Shown piece by piece: positions 59,980-64,000 of a DNA stretch of 64,000 nucleotides; positions within the stretch are counted from its first letter, which is position 1; each line of letters begins with the position of its first letter. Origin of the DNA: Antedon mediterranea (taxonomy: Eukaryota > Animalia > Echinodermata); NCBI RefSeq assembly GCF_964355755.1, contig NC_092674.1, positions 18,042,001 through 18,106,000 of the forward strand, in the 5' to 3' direction. Position numbers and translations under genes: made by a program. Under the pieces are notes generated by a model. That model was not told where the DNA came from. It saw only the letters and a list, made by a program, of their open reading frames with translations, and ran no database searches.

Positions 59980-62312
59980 AGTTACATATTTAACTGTTCA
60001 AAGATGAAAAAATGATCGCCATTTGCCCTATATAGGATTTATTATATTGAAAATAATGCAAAATAAGGGTCTTTAAATCTCTGTAACATTGATCAGCAAC
60101 ATTCTGTTACAGTCATTCATCATCTGATGTTGCATCTTCAACATCTTGGTGTTTGTTGCTTTTTTCACATCATTATCATGTTCATCTGTAGGTGTTGTTG
60201 CATGTTTGCCCAAAACAGTTATGACGTTAATTTGTTTTCATCTTTAAACAGTTAAAAGGTTAAAGTCTAGGCTTGCCAGTTAGAGAACATTCAAGAGTGC
60301 ATTCTCTTTTAAAACAAGGAATGACCTGGTTTCATGTTTTAAAATGCACTATTTTTACAAATAAAATGGTCTTTACATTTGTTTCTGACAATCCTGAGTA
60401 TAATATATGCCATGTACATACTGTAGTGTTTGCCAATTGGGCATTTTCATGCGAAATGTATATGACCTGAACATTTCATTTTCACAGTATCATAAAGTCT
60501 ATACATTTCCTAAATTACATAAAAGTTATACTTTTATGAACAAAAATATTAAAATAAAAAAAACAGCGACGTGATTTCAACAAAGCACTAATTCGCGTAT
60601 GTAACGCGAGTTAAAGACGAATAAAGCATTTAAAATGTATTCATGACATCTACATATGGGTGACATTTTGTAGCAATAACATTTCAACCATAACTAGTAT
60701 GAGAATTTACGTTTCCCTGTTTTTAGCTCATGTCCATTTTTTGTAACAAGTGTTACCGATATTCTTTGTTCTATCAAAGTAAAAGTAACACTCTTCAACT
60801 GCCCAATAAAATGTAACGCTTGTTGTGGAATAACCCATTTTTTTTTTAAATTAACCAACTTAGTTATTGACTACAGTATGCAGCTCTTTGATTTGTTTAA
60901 TTTTCAATAATTTAACTTACTTTCGAGTATTTTAGGGCAAAATGTTGTATTAGACTAAATAGAAATGTTTATGTTCCAAACAATTTGACACCAAAAGTAA
61001 CGCTATACGATAAATATTTCTTGAGATACGGTAAAAGATATATGAATAGGTCAATAAGAGGTCAATAACCTCACTTCCGGTCATTTTGGGATAAAATATT
61101 TCATTACACCAAATAAAAATATGCATGTTCTGAACAATTTGGGCCTAATCCCAATTTTCTATGATAAGCCATTACCGAGATATGATAAGACCAGGTCAAA
61201 GGTCAAACTGCCAGAAACTGTAGTAGCGACCATTTTTTGACAAAATTTTCTGTTAGAGTAAATAGGAATGTATATATCGTGAACTATTTGACACCAAAAT
61301 CAATACTCTACGACAAGCGGTTACAAAGTTATAGACGCCATCTTGAATTTCTCGGAGAGCACAAGGAGGATTTTTCAGGACTTTTAGTATGATGTTCCAA
61401 TCATAGTTCTGGACCTTTCCTGAAAAAATTAGCTTGTTACCAGAAATGTCCGGGTCAAACCCTAATGCTCTTGGACTACACTGGTGGATACACAATATCC
61501 ATAAGGTATACAAGAACATTTTGCACCATCCCCCTCGTCTACCATTGAATCCGATGCATCCGGATCTGGATGGGGTGCGACAGATGAGGCTACCCATATT
61601 GGAGGTAGATGGGCAGATTCAGATCTGACTACAGCAATCATAAATTCACTAAACATAAATTACCTTGAAATGCAAGCAGCGAGTTTTGCTCTAAAGGCTT
61701 TCCATAAGAACAGCACTAATATCCATGTACAACTATAAGGCTTGATAACACTACGGCAGTGGCATATATTCAGCACATGGGTGATAATTTGGCTAAAGAA
61801 TTGTGGCACTGGTGTATACAACATAATATCTGGATAAGTGCGGCATACCTACCAGGAATACTAAATACAGTGGCTGACAAAAAGTCCAGAGTATTCCAGG
61901 ACAAGGGAGAATGGATGCTAGATAAAAAAGTATTTAATACAATAGTAAAACAATTTGGTAAACCAGATATCGATTTATTTGCTTCTAGGCTCAATAAGCA
62001 ACTACCCAAATACGTGTCATGGAAACCGGACCCAGGGGCTATAAATGTTGACGTATTTACTATGGATTGGCAACAAAGTTTTTTCTATGCCTTTCCGCCA
62101 TTTTGTCTAATTGGGCGCTGCGTGCAGAAAATAATTCAGGACAAAGCAGATGGTTTACTGGTAGTGCAAAAGTGGCGAACACAATACTAGTTCCCTAAGT
62201 TACAAACCCTATTAATAGGGAACCCAATGACAGTTAACTGTTCTGACCAGTTATTAACACAACCAGTGACAGGTAGGATACACCCTCTTAACAACAATCT
62301 TTATTTGCTTGT

Positions 62313-63234
62313 TTGCAGGTTATCAGGCAAGCAATGAACATCGACGACTTGCCACAAACGACGGCTGACATTCTGAATTCATGGAGACAGTCATCTAGAA
62401 CACAGTACTGTGTGTATATTAGACGCTGGTTATCATTTACCAATAATAACCCTCACCAGCCTGATGTCTCCTTGGTTTTGCATTTTCTAACTGAAATATA
62501 TGAAAGTACACGCAGCTACTCATCTGTGAATACGGCACGCCGTGCTCTATCTGTATTTCTAACATCCTCTTGTTAGACGTTTTGTCAGAGGAGTGTTTAA
62601 TATAAGACCGCCAAAGGCAAGATATGCGGATATTTAGGATGCCACGATAGTACTGAATTACATAAGGGAGATGCATCCTCCTCAAGAGTTAAGTTTGAAA
62701 TACTTAACTCTCAAAATCTGTGTATCCTTTTTGCGTTACTGTCTGCACAGAGGTGTCAAACTATTCACTTACTGCAAACAGACAGAATGGATCTGAATGA
62801 ACAGTCGGTAACTTTTCATATTGTTGAACTTATAAAACAAAGCAGACCTGGTAAAACGGGCATAAAGGTGGCATATAACCTGGACAAAGATTAAGCATTG
62901 TTGCCATACTTGGTGAATACCTAACACGTACTAAACATTTAAGAGCAAATGTAAAACAACTTTTAGTCAGTTATCAAAAGATACTATTGCAAGGTGGATT
63001 CGGGCAATATTAAGTAAAGCTGGTATTAATACATGCGTATATAAAGCCCACTCTACCAGAGCAGCAGACTCTTCAGCTGCAAAGGCGTTACAAATCCCAA
63101 TTAGTGAAATAATGGCTACAGCAGGCTGGGCAAATGAAAGTACATTTAGGAAGTATTATGATAAGCCCATACACCGTCAACAGACTTTAGGACATTCATT
63201 AAGAGACAATGTAGGTGCAGATAAAAATCTGTGA
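62313..63234 (+). pseudogene. DIRS tyrosine recombinase, disrupted
   Basis: SWRQSSRTQY..SYSSVNTAR.ALS, LLSAQRCQT (catalytic R), AHSTRAA (HxxR), AGWANESTFRKYY (W..Y). Confidence 0.92.
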
Positions 63235-63458
63235 CTGGACTACAACGGACTGGACTGTTTGGTGTTAAATGGTTAATGTGTTTATGACAGAATTGTTGGG
63301 TTTGTGATTTTTTCAAGTTGGTTTGTTATTGTTAGACTGGTGAATAAAACACTAAACTACAAAGAGGAACTTTGTATTTGTTTTCTTTATTGAGAAGCCA
63401 CATTTCCAGAGATGGCTTTAAACTCTCAGTTTACAGCGAACGTAATTATGAAATAAAA

Positions 63459-63768
63459 TAGAAAGATTAAACGAGACTTACCTGTAAGTTGAAGTTTCAT
63501 CACTATTTTATGAATAATGGTGAGTGAGATGTAAACTGCCCTTCTCACCCTTTCCCTTTACATACTCATTCATAGTGTTGTTACTGAACTTAGACTTATC
63601 GCTGTAAATAATGATCATCTCTGGAACTGTGGTGTTTCCTTTCTTTCAAGCATGGAGTGTTGATCGTCTGCGCGTGCGCGTCGGGATCTCAGTTTACATC
63701 TCACTCACCATTATTCAAAAATAGTGATCAAACTTCAACTTACAGATAAGTCTCATTTAATCTTTCTA
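63459..63768. repeat. DIRS internal complementary region (63459-63538) and right terminal inverted repeat (63690-63768)
   Basis: ~80-bp near-perfect inverted pair; a second short pair CCACATTTCCAGAGATG / CATCTCTGGAACTGTGG. Confidence 0.85.
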
Positions 63769-63809
63769 TTAAACTTCAAATTCCACACTTTATTTGTTTC
63801 CAAAATTTA

Positions 63810-64000
63810 TGTGAAGGGTTAATTCAAATCAGGCCTGATGATGACAAAGGCAGCTCCAAATTCTTCTACACTGGACCAGCAAACAATACAAGTCGCAGCG
63901 TTGGAATTTTAGTTGACAGTGGATTCAAAGCAAAATTTAAAGTAATCACAGCAAAAATCAATATAGAAAGTAGAAGTAAGCCTGAGTCAAGGAATAATAT
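63810..64000 (+). pseudogene. Probable RTE-clade LINE endonuclease fragment
   Basis: Translation KFFYTGPANNTSRSVGILV resembles the APE motif .YSG....GVGIL; runs off the window end. Confidence 0.4.

Larger units (their letters stand above)
58084..61478. mobile_element. Academ-like non-autonomous foldback transposon (3395 bp) with ~650-bp TIRs
   Basis: Termini TAGTCCAA / TTGGACTA, 3-bp TSD CAC (58081-58083, 61479-61481); removal restores DIRS GREDVH|WWIHNI. Confidence 0.9.
57104..62190 (+). pseudogene. DIRS RT-RNase H-methyltransferase-like ORF, disrupted and split at 58083/61482
   Basis: HFKMET, ASVDLKDAYY, ALPNGLSSGP, YIDDIL (57658), IQFLG; ESDASGSGWGA and HINYLEM (RNase H); DIDLFASRLN..FYAFPPF (MT-like). 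Confidence 0.92.
55740..63768 (+). mobile_element. Decayed DIRS1-like tyrosine-recombinase retrotransposon (left end approximate), split by an Academ-like insertion
   Basis: ORF1, RT/RNase H/methyltransferase-like region and YR in DIRS order; internal complementary region and right inverted terminus present. Confidence 0.9.

Overview
AT-rich eukaryotic (animal) genomic DNA, about 85-90% transposable-element derived by eye. Abundant CTAG/AGGCCT runs, a Deu-domain SINE and Academ/Kolobok/DIRS elements suggest a marine invertebrate deuterostome such as an echinoderm (inference). The only convincing host coding sequence is one minus-strand MORN-repeat exon (1606-1881, ANKMY1-like N-terminus), with a possible non-coding first exon/promoter near 20.9-21.1 kb. 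The rest is a deep stack of nested elements whose boundaries can often be fixed by target-site duplications (TSDs). It includes a 12.3-kb LTR unit (short LTRs, tRNA-Ser PBS) enclosing a decayed Gypsy whose Gag starts with a ComEA-like helix-hairpin-helix motif. There are three copies of a 10-bp-TSD Mutator-like foldback MITE, three Kolobok-like MITEs, and Academ-, Harbinger-, hAT5-, Helitron/Helentron- and Crypton-like non-autonomous elements. Retro-elements include a Penelope fragment with a minimal hammerhead ribozyme, L1/Tx1, RTEX-like, CR1 and Rex1/L2 LINE fragments, and a decayed DIRS element split by a 3.4-kb Academ-like foldback. No prokaryotic system, CRISPR array or intact autonomous DNA transposon is present, and I could not identify a clearly new biological system. 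The best leads are TE architectures listed under findings. Superfamily names rest on terminus/TSD rules and motif recall, not database searches.
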